DNA of 57,250 nucleotides, from assembly GCF_001194135.2 (NCBI RefSeq), contig NC_068984.1:1189241-1246490 (forward strand), given 5' to 3'. This DNA comes from Octopus bimaculoides. Its lineage: Eukaryota. The notes beneath the pieces are model-generated. The model had not been told where the DNA came from and ran no database searches. It saw only the letters and a list, made by a program, of their open reading frames with translations. Shown one piece after another: positions 35,923 to 48,530 of this stretch (the stretch's first letter is position 1; each line of letters starts with the position of its first letter). The translations under genes and the position numbers were made by a program.

Positions 35923-37850
35923 CAACAGAGGCAATATTAATACCAAAAGGTAATATTTATTCCTACTATCATCAGTGGTAGCATTTAATGGCCATCTGCT
36001 ATGCTGCCAGTGAAACAGGATCAAATGAGTTAGAGGACTGTACTAGATTCCATTGTCTGCTTTGGTATGCTTTTTATGGATGGATACACGGAAGTTTTTC
36101 CAAATGTCAACCACTTCAGAGGGTACAGTGGGGGCTTTTTACATGGCACCAGCACTAGCGAGGTCATCAAGTAACTTGCAAGACAAGACTCCAAGACCGA
36201 GTGGGGGATGGTGGTATTGAGTGGAGGGTGGGGCTTTTACTCAGGTGTCAAGAGGTTAAAGTATGACTCGAGTTTGAGTCACAGTCAAGGTAGACGGTTC
36301 AAATTCGGTGTCTTGCAGAGCTATCAGCGAAAGCACGATAGACAAAGCGATATATTACCGTTCCAGTAGAGAAGAGATACACTGTATCTGAGACCAAGAA
36401 AATATCTTGACTACTAGAGTAGATACAACAACTACAGTCACAACAGTGGCCGCACATTATAGATGTGGAAAACACCACATCATAATAGAGTGACAGAATG
36501 TAACTGAGCTGAGAGAAGAAGTGAGTGTGAGAGGAATGGGATAGGAAATGAGAAAAGAGACTGAGTTGATGATCTGTATGAAGAATGAGTCACCTTGTTT
36601 GACCTTACCAAGTGGTCTTTAGTCCACTCTGTTGCAACTGGGCCTCCTACTTGTTTTAGAGTCTTGAAATGTAAAGGGTCAAGGGTGCCGGTTTTTTTTT
36701 ATCACAGACTAAATGGTAAAAAGAGAAAGAAAGTAATCCCAGTGGAAAAGACCTGCAGAAGAGGAAGCCCCAGGGAGACAATGAACATATGGTGAAAGCT
36801 GATCACAAGAGGCTGAACTTTCTGAAGGAGATGACGATGATGGCCTAGAACAAGAGAGAGAGGCACCGGAGAAGAGAAGACTGATTCAACAGAAACACTG
36901 AATAATAAATGGGTGGTGATGGTGGTGGTGGTTGTGATGATGGTGATGATGAAGGTGATGCCAGCAATGACTCTCTCTTAGGATTTTAATTGTTAAAAGA
37001 ACAAAGAATTAAATAGATGTTTACTGAAAGTTTGGCATATAAACCTATGTTTGCTTCTATTAAACAGTCTTTCAAGAATACAGATGTACATTTAATTGGC
37101 ATCATTTTAGCACTGAGTTGGTTTTTTTGTTTTTTTTGATGTTGTTATATGCCAAACATGTCTGCAACACAACATCCACCATTCCTCCCCTCTTCTCCAA
37201 AATACAACTAATATCTTGTCTGTCAGAACTAATATTCTCAGATTAAATCTTGCCATTTCTTCACCAAGTCTTCCTTAACCTGTTAACACCATTGTCCACT
37301 TTCAAACCCACCAAATATTTGCACCATTTCACAGCAGCCGCTCTCCATTTACACTACACGTCCATACTAACTCCACTGACCTTCACTCTGACATACATTT
37401 GCCTAATGTTTCTAATGCTCACTTGTTATTTCCAGCACACAGTTGCACCGTTATTCAAATCCATGTTTGCCCACATTAAAACTGACATCTTTTTTTAATT
37501 TCCATTTAATTTCCATTTAAAGTTCTCAATCACAAAACAGAATTAATTATATTCTACTCCCTCTTTTTTATTTCTTCCCCTTCTGCTTAAATGCAGTTAT
37601 CGCAACAGCCATGGCACACTTAACACATTAGCAGACAGGAGTCAAATGTTGAAGAATATCAACTTCTGTTGCGATAGAATATCTGCTGCCAACCTATTTA
37701 ATAGGATCACTGGTGAACTGAAGTGATATGGTGGATATGGTGGAAGAATACTGGAAGGGGAAATATTCTGGGGAAATGGTAACAGAATTGGCAGAAGATT
37801 AAAAGCTAAACCAAATCAAAAGAGAATTTGTTACACAGATTACAGATGCA

Positions 37851-38148
37851 GATTTGGTTGTATGGTTAACAAATTTCTTTCTCAACCACATGGTTCTGGG
37901 TTCAGTCCTACTGTGTGACACCTTGGGCATGTGTCTTCTTCTATCACTCCAAACCAACCAAAGCCTTATTAGTGAATCTGGTAGACAGGAACTGAAAGAA
38001 TCCCATCATATAAGTTTCTGTCTACCAAATTCACTTACAAGGATTTAGTTAGCTCAAGGCTAGAATAGTAAAAGATACCAAAGTGCTGAGCAGTGGAACT
38101 GAACCCAAAGACTACAGGGTTGGGAAGCCACACAGCTATGTCTGCACC
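37851..38148. mobile_element. Two SINE family A heads in convergent inverted orientation
   Basis: + head 37851-38007, - head 38013-38148; GGTAGACAGGAACT and AGTTTCTGTCTACC pair around a 19-nt spacer. Confidence 0.8.
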
Positions 38149-39234
38149 GACCTATCCAACATATACAGCAATGCCAGCTACATGAGTGGGGGTCAGGGTT
38201 TTCAATAAATGGAGCAATGAAAATAAAAACTTAAACACAATGAAATATTCAGAGAGAGAAAAATATTTAATGACTTTTTTTTGTTTGTTTCATTAGGTTG
38301 TTGGATGCCAGAGCTGCAGTGATCCGGGGGCATGGGACATGATATTGTTTCAATAAGAATGGACATTGTCCTTGAACTTTGTAGGTCAAGTGTATCAGAG
38401 ACCCATCCAAGCCAGCCTGACTAGAATAGCGGACATTAAATAGATGATGGTGATAATATTGATCAGGATTATAGGGGGAGGAGGAGGAGGAGGAGGTGGT
38501 GGTGGTGGTGGTGATGATCATAATTTTCATTGTGAAGCTAATGGTGGTGGTTGGGGTGGTGGTGGTGATTATATACCTCATTATCATGATGATGATTGGA
38601 ATAGATGAATGTTAATGGTCTCCAGACAGTTGTAGATTAAGAACAGAAAGAAGAATTAGTCCTTAGATTCATGAATAAAGAAAAGAGAAAGAAACCAAAT
38701 GGCAACAAATTTCAGGTTAACGATTGAAAACTAGTTTGTTTTTTATGTGACTATTTCAGTTGGTGGCAGTTTGTGGATCAAGTTAAAGTCTTGAATCAAT
38801 TATTCAATATGATGTTTCAACAACAACTGCACATAACAACCAACCCAGCCAGGAACATCCCTTCATAATGGTTCAACATCATTACCGTATTAGTCAAAGC
38901 ACCCCTCAATAATTTCTCTAATGTCGTTAATACATCTTTGTTATTACCACCACCATCACCACCATTGTTTTGGCATCTATTTTACCATGCTTGCATGAGT
39001 TCCACAAGATTTTGGCGTGGTAGAATTTTTTTTAGAATCAGATGCTCTTCCTGTCACCAACCCCTAACTGTTTTCAAATAATGAAATATTTCCACCCATC
39101 CACCACTATCAAAACACTGAAAGCCTAGATATACTTTAGCAGACAATGGCAAACAAACGACACACCATTTCTATATGGGACAAGGCTCAGAGCGAAGACA
39201 AAGCCTCTCCCAATGTGACACTCAAGTAACACCC

Positions 39235-39345
39235 ACAGAAGTACTAGGCTTACAAAGAATAAGTCCTGGGGTCGACTCTTTTGACTAAAGGCAGTACTCC
39301 AGCATGGTCGCAGTCAAATGACTGAAACAAGTAAAAGAATAAAAG
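39235..39345 (+). mobile_element. SINE family A 3' tail only
   Basis: AGTACTAGGCTTACAAAGAATAAGTCCTGGGGTCGAC...CAGTCAAATGACTGAAACAAGTAAAAGAATAAAAG. Confidence 0.85.
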
Positions 39346-40016
39346 AATACATACATATACATTATAATCTATCTGTCCATATTATTATTATTATTATTAT
39401 GATTTGATGATGACGATGATGATGTCTTTAGAAATTACTAAGGCTTTACAAACAAATCAAAGATGGTGGAGAAATGATACAGTACAATATGATGTGGAGT
39501 TACATGAACGTATGTAAACAGTAAAATAACAAAGGAACAAAAACAATACAAACAAGAAAATTCCCCATCGTGGGGGAGACTTCCAAAGGCTGCTCCTGGA
39601 AACCCCATAAAGTCACGGTCACCCTGACACCTAGGGCAAGTGCCCTCTCCACCATCCCCCCCCTTCCCTCCCTCCCTCCCTCAATCTACATGCACATGCT
39701 CAGAGCAGGCTCGTTTGCTATCATTATAAAATATATATCATAACAGAAATTTAATTATAGAACATTTTGCATGTAATTACTTTTTATTTTTTCTCAAAAT
39801 AATTGCTCCATGCATATTTTCTTGAAAAATATTATTCACCAATTTATCATTATTATCATAGCCATCATTATTATTACTATCATAATCATTATTATTATTA
39901 TTATTATTACTATTACTTCTACAACATTGTAAATATCAAACAGAATCAACACAAACACATACACACATAAATAAAACTCATTTTCAAAAATAAATGAATA
40001 GATGGTATTTTCTTAC

Positions 40017-40081
40017 TTGGAATAAACTTCTTCATCTCTGCCATTGTCTTGGCATATCTTTCTTTCTTTTGTTCTTCAGCC
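40017..40081 (-). CDS. SNX14: SNX14-like exon: (R)AEEQKKERYAKTMAEMKKFIP(S)
   Basis: Acceptor GTTGTATTATTTGTTCAG, donor A|GTAAGA; 65 nt = 1+63+1. The final A joins GT of the 22091 exon to make Ser. Aligns without gaps to recalled SNX14 [23 protein letters not shown]. Confidence 0.9.
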
Positions 40082-40128
40082 CTGAACAAATAATACAACA
40101 GGAACAATGTCAATAATAATAATAACAA

Positions 40129-40320
40129 CCCTTTCTAGGAGAGGCACAAGACCTGAAATTTATGGGGAAAGGGATCATCAATTACAACGACNNNNNNNNN
40201 NNNNNNNAGTAATTGACTGCTACTTATTTTATCGACCCCCAAAAGAATGAAAGGTAAAGAATTTGAACCCTGAATATAAAGGTGGACGAAAGGCTGCTAA
40301 GCATTTTGTCCAATGTGCTT
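40129..40320 (-). mobile_element. SINE family C (long-tail variant) between (AAT)n tracts
   Basis: TTTATCGACCCCCAAAAGAATGAAAGG...GCTAAGCATTTTGTCC is the reverse complement of family C; contains a small gap. Confidence 0.75.
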
Positions 40321-40340
40321 AAAAATAATAATAATAATAA

Positions 40341-41545
40341 TCGGAAGCTTGTGACTGTCATCAACATATGGACTGTTACTGTAGTGTGCAATAATAGTAG
40401 ACCCATTCTGAAATGGACACAAGCGGAGATTGACCAACTCAATCACACTGCCTGAAAGACAATGACAATGTGTGGCGCCCTCCATCCTAAGGCAAATGTA
40501 TACAAGCTCTACATGAAGAGAGTTAAAGGTGGACGTGGGCTGATTAGCGTACAGGTGTGCATCAGCAGTGAAAGAAGAAACATGGCAGAGTATTTGGTAA
40601 ACAGTAAACAAAACCTGCTATAGTATGCTGCTAATGTAGAAGGATTTACCAAAAATGGATTTGAGAGTGCTAATGAATTCCAATCGTGAATAGCTAATGA
40701 GAGAGAAGAAATTCTACTTTGCATGGAATGACATGGTCAGTTCCACTTAAAAGATCAGGAAGCATCATAGAGGTGGTTCAGCATGGGTGACCTAAAAAAG
40801 AGGAGACTGAAGGCCTAATCATCGCTGTCCAGGGTCAGGCATTGAATACCACAGAAGTGCAAAGAACCTCTGCAGAATGTGTGGGAAGAGGGTCAAAAGT
40901 GTGACTCACATTGTTAGTGCTTGTGAAAGTCTTGCACAGAAAGAGAACAAGTACAGACACGACAAGGTAACACAAAACATTCACTGGCTGCTATGACAGA
41001 AATATGGATACAAGGTAACGGAGTGCTTGGTGCCAACATACACCAGAAAAGGTAATGGACAAAAAGGGGAAGGCAAAAATCTTCTGGGGCTTTGACTTCC
41101 AGACAGACAATGTTAGAGCACCAAAGGCCAGATATAGTAACCTTTAGGAGGAACAAACAAGAGTGCCTAATAATTGACATGAAAGTGCCTGGAGATCAAC
41201 ATATCATCATGAAAGAAAGAGGAAAAGTTGATAAATATGGAGATCAGAGAATTGAGATCACCAAGATGTGGCAGCTACAAGAGTCAAATATAAAACTTGT
41301 TGTCATTGGAGCTTTGGGTTCAATACCACCCAACCTGAAGAAACATCTGGACACTTTAGAAATACTCTACAATCTTGGTGTAATGCAAAAATTGGCTTTG
41401 CTTGGAACTGCATGCATATTGTGTAAAGTACTGTCTGTCTGAGGCCCTTGTTGTGACTTGACAAACAGTACAAACCCCCGGTAGACACAATATCTTCATT
41501 CTACAACATCACAATATTGGATGCTGTTCAACGTCTTCTGTATTA
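40341..41545 (+). mobile_element. RLE-type (R4/Dong-like) non-LTR retrotransposon, 5'-truncated and decayed
   Basis: LHPKANVYKLYMKRVKGGRGLISV (post-RT motif), CRMCGKRVKSVTHIVSAC (CCHC knuckle), YRHDKV, RPDIV...LIIDMKVPGD...KERGKVDKY (PD..D RLE), QKLALLGTACIL. Starts directly after (AAT)n. Confidence 0.9.
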
Positions 41546-41550
41546 ATAAA

Positions 41551-42094
41551 TGCTCTGACGCAGTACCAGGCCGCGGTTCTCATGGCTTCTCAGCTTAAAT
41601 GAATGGAAGTGTTAATATGTGTTTTGTTTTGGTACAAAAAGATGGGCTACAGTAAATATTCTACTCAGATTTCCTTAGCAGTTGCTTGACCATAACAAGT
41701 TGAGAATGTCCCTTGGTGGCTGATGATATACACATCTTTGATCATGAGCAGGAGTAGTGAGGTTGCATCATAACCATGCGTTGAGAGGAATTCTTTGGGG
41801 TTTGAATAGTTCACCTCTGGAAACATGGGTGTTTTGTTCATCATCCTCAGACAAACATTATTCAGGGACATTTTGAATGGGATGGGCTACTCGGCCTGAA
41901 GAAAATTCTAACTGGGCCCCACCTGCGAAGTCATGTGCTGTTAATTTTGATATGAGATCACCATGCTGCGCACATATGGTTGTGATGCATGTGCCTGGTG
42001 TACCCTTATCAGACGGGCAGTCATGATGGGTATACTGGGCTTCATATATCTGTATCCAAGTGTCACTTTGATGGCATGCACTGCTCTCTCACTC
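41551..42094. mobile_element. Family D repeat, copy 3
   Basis: Colinear with 839-1361; ends in CTCTCTCACTC followed by (AAT)6. Confidence 0.88.
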
Positions 42095-42112
42095 AATAAT
42101 AATAATAATAAT

Positions 42113-42325
42113 GGCTCCCAATGTTGGCACAAGGCTAGCAATTGCAAAGAAGGAATTAAGTTGATTACAATGACCCCCCAGTGCTCAAATGCTACTTATT
42201 TTGACCCCAAAAGGATGAAAGGCAAAGTCAATTTCTGTGGATTTTGAGATTAGAACATAAAGACAGACAAAATGATGCTAAGCACTTCGTCTGGCATGCA
42301 AACAATTTTGCCAGCTCATCGCCTT
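42113..42325 (-). mobile_element. SINE family C between (AAT)n tracts
   Basis: GACCCCAAAAGGATGAAAGGCAAAGTCAA...TTTTGCCAGCTCATCGCCTT then (AAT)n; (AAT)n also on the left. Confidence 0.82.
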
Positions 42326-42949
42326 AATAATAATAATAATAATTAGAATTAGAAATAACAATAGCAACATCAATAATAAGTCAGTAGTAGTAGTAAGAGT
42401 AGTATCAATAACAGAAAGAACAAGAAATACACAGATCTTAGCAATAATAATAAATAATAAATAACACTGGGTGANNNNNNNNNNNNNNNNNNNNNNNNNN
42501 NNNNNNNNNNNNNNNNNNNNNNNNNNNNNNNNNNNNNNNNNNNNNNNNNNNNNNNNNNNNNNNNNNNNNNNNNNNNNNNNNNNNNNNNNNNNNNNNNNNN
42601 NNNNNNNNNNNNNNNNNNNNNNNNNNNNNNNNNNNNNNNNNNNNNNNNNNNNNNNNNNNNNNNNNNNNNNNNNNNNNNNNNNNNNNNNNNNNNNNNNNNN
42701 NNNNNNNNNNNNNNNNNNNNNNNNNNNNNNNNNNNNNNNNNNNNNNNNNNNNNNNNNNNNNNNNNNNNNNNNNNNNNNNNNNNNNNNNNNNNNNNNNNNN
42801 NNNNNNNNNNNNNNNNNNNNNNNNNNNNNNNNNNNNNNNNNNNNNNNNNNNNNNNNNNNNNNNNNNNNNNNNNNNNNNNNNNNNNNNNNNNNNNNNNNNN
42901 NNNNNNNNNNNNNNNNNNNNNNNNNNNNNNNNNNNNNNNNNNNNNNNNN

Positions 42950-42982
<33 letters not shown>

Positions 42983-43959
42983 ACATGTCTCTTAAAGGAT
43001 AGAGCTCAAAATCAATGCATTGAAGATACTTTATTGCAGCAACAATTATAATAATATATATATATATATATATACGCATGTATGTGTGTTTGTGGGTGGA
43101 TGTATATATATATATATGTAGGTGTGAGTGTGTGTGCAATAGATAGTTATATCACATTGGTGTAAAATGCAATTAAATGTAAGTACTCAATACTGTTAGG
43201 CATTATATAAATATGTCATACATATATATCTAGATACATGCATTTTAGTATACATGAATATATGTGTGTGTGTGTGTGTATAAATAATACATATGCACGC
43301 ATGTGTGTGTGTTTGTGTCTGTGTGTTTGGGTGGATGGATAGAAAAATGAAAAACATGTATAATTCTATCAAAATTCCAGGATTGTCTCAAATTGTTTAA
43401 ATAAACAACTTAATGAGAGCAAGAAATGTCATCTTAAAAAGGCCCTTTTATAGACTAAAAATAAACTCAGGCTTTCCTATGAAATAGAAACCTGGGCAGT
43501 TGGAAATATAAAAAAGAACCCTAAAGCCTTATAACAAGACACCTGTCCCTCTCTCATACTTTAGCCCCTCAACACCCGGCATAAAACTACCTTTCACTCT
43601 ACTAGACTCTCCACTCAGTTAAGGTGGGGGGGGGGGTCTTGTCTTACTAGTTACTTGGTGACCTCACTAATACCAATGCCATGAAAAAAGCACCCCGTCC
43701 ACACTCTGTAAAGTGGTTGGTGTTATAAATGACATCCAGCTATAGAATATACACCAAAACAGATATTGGCACTTGATGCAGGCCTCTGGCTCATTGAGTC
43801 CTTTTAAACTGTCCAATCCAGATTAGAAAGGAAGTAGGATGTTAAATGATGATATCTCTCTCTCACACACACACACACACACAAACACAAACAATGCTAA
43901 TGTTTGTTTTTATGTTCATTTATCATAAAAATCAGTTTTACATTAATTTGATAGTTTTT

Positions 43960-45010
43960 GTGCGCAGCAGATGCACAGGGACAATAAACACCAAAGATGT
44001 TCAGCAAACAGATTCCATCACATGCCGAGGAGAGAAACTAGAAGTAGTTGATAACTTCCTCTACCTAGATGACCAAGTCTGTAGTGGAGTGGATGCCCCT
44101 GAGAGTGTTGCCACTAGAATAAGAATAGCCTGGGCAAAGTTCAGAAAGCTCCTACTTCTGCTGGTGACAAAGGGCCCCTCACTCAGTGAAAGGTAGACTG
44201 TATGATGCATGTGTGCGAACAGCCATGCTACACAGCAGTGAAACATGGGCCATGACTGTTGAGGACATGTGTAAGCTTGAAAGAAATGAAGCTAGTATGA
44301 TCTGCTGGATGTGTAATGTCAGTGAGCACACACAACAGAGTGTAAGTACCCTGAGAGAGATGTTGGAGATAAGAAGCATCAGATGTGGTGTAGAAGAGAT
44401 GACTGTACTGGTATGTATGAAGAAGTGTCACTCCCTAACAGTAGAGGGAACATGTGGAAGAGAGAGACCCAGGAAAACATGAAGCATGACCTCCAAACGT
44501 TGGGCCTCACAGAGGCAATGACAAAAGACCAAGACCTCTAGAGATATGCTGTGATTGAGAAGACCTGGCAAGAAAAGTGAGATCACAACCATAGCTTATA
44601 CCATTGTCGCATAACCAGCCCATTTAAAAGTAGCCTTGAATCACCAGGCGATACATTGCGCTTGAGAAGACTTATTGAGTCAAGTAAAACCCAAATCAAA
44701 TCAAAATTGAAATTAAAATGGAAATTGTAGTTGTGGCCGATGCCAGTGTCGCCTGACTGGCACCCATGCTGGTGGCACGTAATAAGCACCATTCAAGCGT
44801 GGGTCGATGCCAGTACCTCCTGATTGGCTCCTATACTGGTGGGACGTAAAAAGCACCCACTACACTCTCAGAGTGGTTGGTATTAAGAAGGGCATCCAGC
44901 TGTAGAAACTCTGTTAGATCAGATTGGAGCCTGGTGTTTGCCAGTCCTCAATCAAACCATCCAACCCATGCCAGCAAGGAAAACGGACGTTAAATGATGA
45001 TGATGATGAT
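43960..45010 (+). mobile_element. RTE LINE 3' portion: RT C-terminus, 3'UTR and (GAT)n tail
   Basis: EKLEVVDNFLYL...RIRIAWAKFRKL and KGRLYDACVRTAMLHSSETWAMTVEDMCKLERNEASM; ends GGAAAACGGACGTTAAATGATGATG. Confidence 0.92.
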
Positions 45011-45032
45011 TGATGGGTTACTCAATACTTTT

Positions 45033-45077
45033 GCAGTCTGATGATGGCTTAACTCGCCGAAACATCCAAGTCGTTGT
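45033..45077 (+). ncRNA. Candidate minimal (Penelope-type) hammerhead ribozyme motif
   Basis: GCAGT-CTGATGA-T-GGC(TTAACTC)GCC-GAA-AC(ATCCAA)GT-C-GTTGT: canonical core, 3-bp stem II, GUC cleavage triplet, weak stems I and III. Confidence 0.4.
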
Positions 45078-45175
45078 CAATAATATTCTTGTAAAGAATA
45101 ATAAACTATAAATATAAAATCATGTGTGTGTGTGTGTGTGTGTGTATGCATGAACATACATGTAGATATTTACAT

Positions 45176-45206
<31 letters not shown>

Positions 45207-46728
45207 CAAATGTATGTATTTACATCCTGACATTCATACTTTTATGTATGTATATNNNNNNNNNNNNNNNNNNNNNNNNNNNNNNNNNNNNNNNNNNNNN
45301 NNNNNNNNNNNNNNNNNNNNNNNNNNNNNNNNNNNNNNNNNNNNNNNNNNNNNNNNNNNNNNNNNNNNNNNNNNNNNNNNNNNNNNNNNNNNNTATATAT
45401 ATATATATATATATATATATCCTCCCCCTCACACTTCTCTATGTAAGCACAATGTGGCCACAAATAGAAAAAGATACAATAAGAGAGACAAAGCAAAGAG
45501 TCTGACACAAAATCCCACCCAAAACAATTTCTGTTGTTGTTTTTGTTACTTTACTCTGTACAATTAGTTTAAACGACATACAAATGTATTCTGTGATCAA
45601 TACAAGCAATCAATTAATCAATAGTGCGTGTGTGTGTGTGTGTGTGTACATTATATATAATGTGAGTGACATTTTCCTCGGCCACTGAGGACCACAGTGA
45701 CTCAATGTACAATTGAGGGCAGAAGAGACAGAAGTAATGGCAGAGGTTTAATGTGTCAAGTGTTTAAAATGAAGAAAACTTCTGGAGAGGTGAAGCAAAG
45801 GGTTTTGACAAAAAACACATGGAGAGGTCATATACAGGCCTTCGTTGCTGCCATACTTCTTCATACAACATCCCCTCGTTCACACTACAGGAGCACAGAT
45901 ATATAAGGTTGAGTGAGTTATGATCAGGGTACATTTTGTGAAGGATTGTTCTGGTAAAAATCTGTCTTGTGACAGGCAACCCAGTGAGGATCAATGCTTC
46001 CTGGAACTTTAGCTTCACCATCTGCAATAAAAACTGTCCATTAAACCAATCAAGGGTCTGAAATACATTTACCCAGTGGTGACCACAGTATGGCTCTGCT
46101 ATTTGGACCATTTATATAATTACTTTTACCTCCTTTTCTGTCTTTTACTTCCTCTTCCATCACTTACATCCCTCTCCATCATTAGCATCCTTCTCTTTCA
46201 CATATATCCTGCTCGTTTATGAAACTCGCAAACCATTAGTACAGTTTGGGTTACGCCTACACAAGGTTACTGTCAACAGAGAAAACCATTATTTCATATT
46301 TCTTCTTCAAGGCAAGCATAGAATTTTCTCAAGTTCTATTGAATGCTTGAAAGACTCTGCTCACTAAATGATGTTTTTTTTTTTCAATCTTGAGGGTCTA
46401 TGAAGGTCATGGATGTCTTTTCCCAGAACATATTTCTCCATAGAATTGTTGCCTTGCAATTCCATTGCCTTCCATGGAAGCTACACAGTTTCATTGCTTC
46501 AGTTGACTACATTGCTGCAAGACAGCTTCTATGCATACANNNNNNNNNNNNNNNNNNNNNNNNNNNNNNNNNNNNNNNNNNNNNNNNNNNNNNNNNNNNN
46601 NNNNNNNNNNNNNNNNNNNNNNNNNNNNNNNNNNNNNNNNNNNNNNNNNNNNNNNNNNNNNNNNNNNNNNNNNNNNNNNNNNNNNNNNNNNNNNNNNNNN
46701 GAGAGAGAGAGAGAGAGAGAGAGAGAGA

Positions 46729-47110
46729 GGCACAGGCATCGCTGTGTGGTAAGTAGCTTGCTTACCAACCACATGGTTCCAGGTTCAGTCCCCCCGCGTG
46801 GCACCTTGGGCAAGTGTCTTCTACTATAGGCTCAGGCTGACCAAAGCCTTGTGAGTGTATTTGATAGATGGAAACTGAAAGAAGCCTGTCATATATGTGC
46901 GTATGTATGTCTGTGTTTGTCCCCCCCACCATCACTTGACAACCGATGTTGGTGTGTTTACGTCCCCATAACCTAGCAGTTCAGCAAAAAGAACCCGATA
47001 GAATAAGTATTAGGCTTACAAAGCATAAGTTCAAGATTGGATTTGTTCAACTAAAGACAGTGCTCCAGCATGGCTGCAGTCAGGTGGATGAGACAAGTGG
47101 AAGAAGAAAA
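46729..47110 (+). mobile_element. SINE family A, full length
   Basis: Head GCACAGGCATCGCTGTGTGGTAAGTAGCTTGC through tail TGCTCCAGCATGGCTGCAGTC...GAGACAAGTGGAAG. Confidence 0.9.
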
Positions 47111-47113
47111 GAA

Positions 47114-47144
<31 letters not shown>

Positions 47145-47499
47145 AATGTGGGTGAGCATACATGTATATGTTTTTGGCAGTCTTATTTGACTGCTTCCGG
47201 CTGTGGTTCTTATAAAGGATCTTTAGCACATGTTTTCTTAGACTTTCACGCTGCTTGATTCACTGCTGTTTTGTGATATGCATAGCGAAGCTAAGAAGTT
47301 TTCTCTTGTTCTTTTTAATTGCCTCATTCATTCATTCACTCATCTAACCCATAATACTAACACGTACTATTGTAACTGGTAACTATTTAATTCTTCAAAC
47401 AACCTTCAAACTGAAATTCCCTAAAATCTTAGTTCTCCATCCCTGTTTCATTATGTTTTCGCCATTGTTCTCTAAAATTTGTATGCATTCTTGTCATAC

Positions 47500-48530
47500 A
47501 AAGGTCACAGAGGTAGTCAGAGTGTGTGATAGAGGGCTTAAGTTCAGGCTAGTCTTGCGGAATAGCATAGCACCAATCTCTGTGCCCCACAAGTGGGCCT
47601 ACCAAATGAACAGAAGGACCATTTTTATGATATTCTTCTGCAGGCTACCTCTAAGACGAGTGACAAGGATCTCATCTTCGTGGCTAGGGACTTCAATGAA
47701 CATGTTGGATGGCAGCCAGGTATTTTCCATGGTGTGCATGGGGGCCATGGAATTGGTTCCTGAAACAAAGAGGGGACAAGGCTACTGGAGTTCAGTGATC
47801 TGCAACACCAACTTCAGGAAGCAGACCAGCCACCTGATAACCTATCAAACACGTGGCTACACCAGCCAGGTCGATTACATTCTCAACAGGCAGCGGGAAG
47901 AATGGTTGCTCTTAAATACAAAGACCCTCCCTGGTGAAGAATGTACCCCACCCCCAGCATAGACTAGTTGTTAGTGATTTTAGATTCCAGACCAGAAGGA
48001 TGCCAAGAAGCAGACCAATCTGGAAAAGAAGGATTTGGAAGCTTAAGGATCCTTCATGTGCTGAGAGATTTAAGGACATCCTAATTGAGAAATTTGATGA
48101 GAGGCAGGAGGAGCTACAAACTTGTGACACAGAGGGCAACTGGGAATTCCTGCAGGGACAGCTTGCTGAATTCCACGGACCAAATCTGTGGGTGGTGCAA
48201 AGTCCCAACCAGACCTAGAGTAATGTGGTGGTGGAATGATGCAATAGAGAGGGCCATTAGAGCAAAGAAATGGGTCTGGAAGGACTGGAACAGTGGGAGT
48301 AGCAGGGAATTATATCAGATAACCAGTAGGGAAGCTAGGAGACAGGTATATATATATATATATAGCCAAGGGAGTAGCAGAAAAGAAGAAGTTTGCCAGT
48401 GTTGAGTAACGTGAGGACCAAAGAACTGAAGTATTTTGGATTGCAAGACAGAGTGTGAGAGAAAATCGTGATGTCATAGGAGAGAAATATGTCCGCATGG
48501 ATGATGGTGCCATTGCGTTTAATGATTCCT
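47500..48530 (+). mobile_element. RTE LINE internal fragment (end of APE plus linker), decayed
   Basis: LIFVARDFNEHVG, VHGGHGIGS, ICNTNFRKQTSHLITY...SQVDYIL, PGEECT..QHRLVVSDF, WWWNDAIERAI (RTE APE and linker motifs); (TA)n expansion at about 48347-48363. Confidence 0.9.

Noticed and set aside
45764-46111. ORF with FQTLDWFNGQFLLQMVKLKFQE as a possible upstream SNX14 exon
   Set aside because: Only superficial similarity, with no matching donor or phase, and the expected small exon ending in ..PR was not found.
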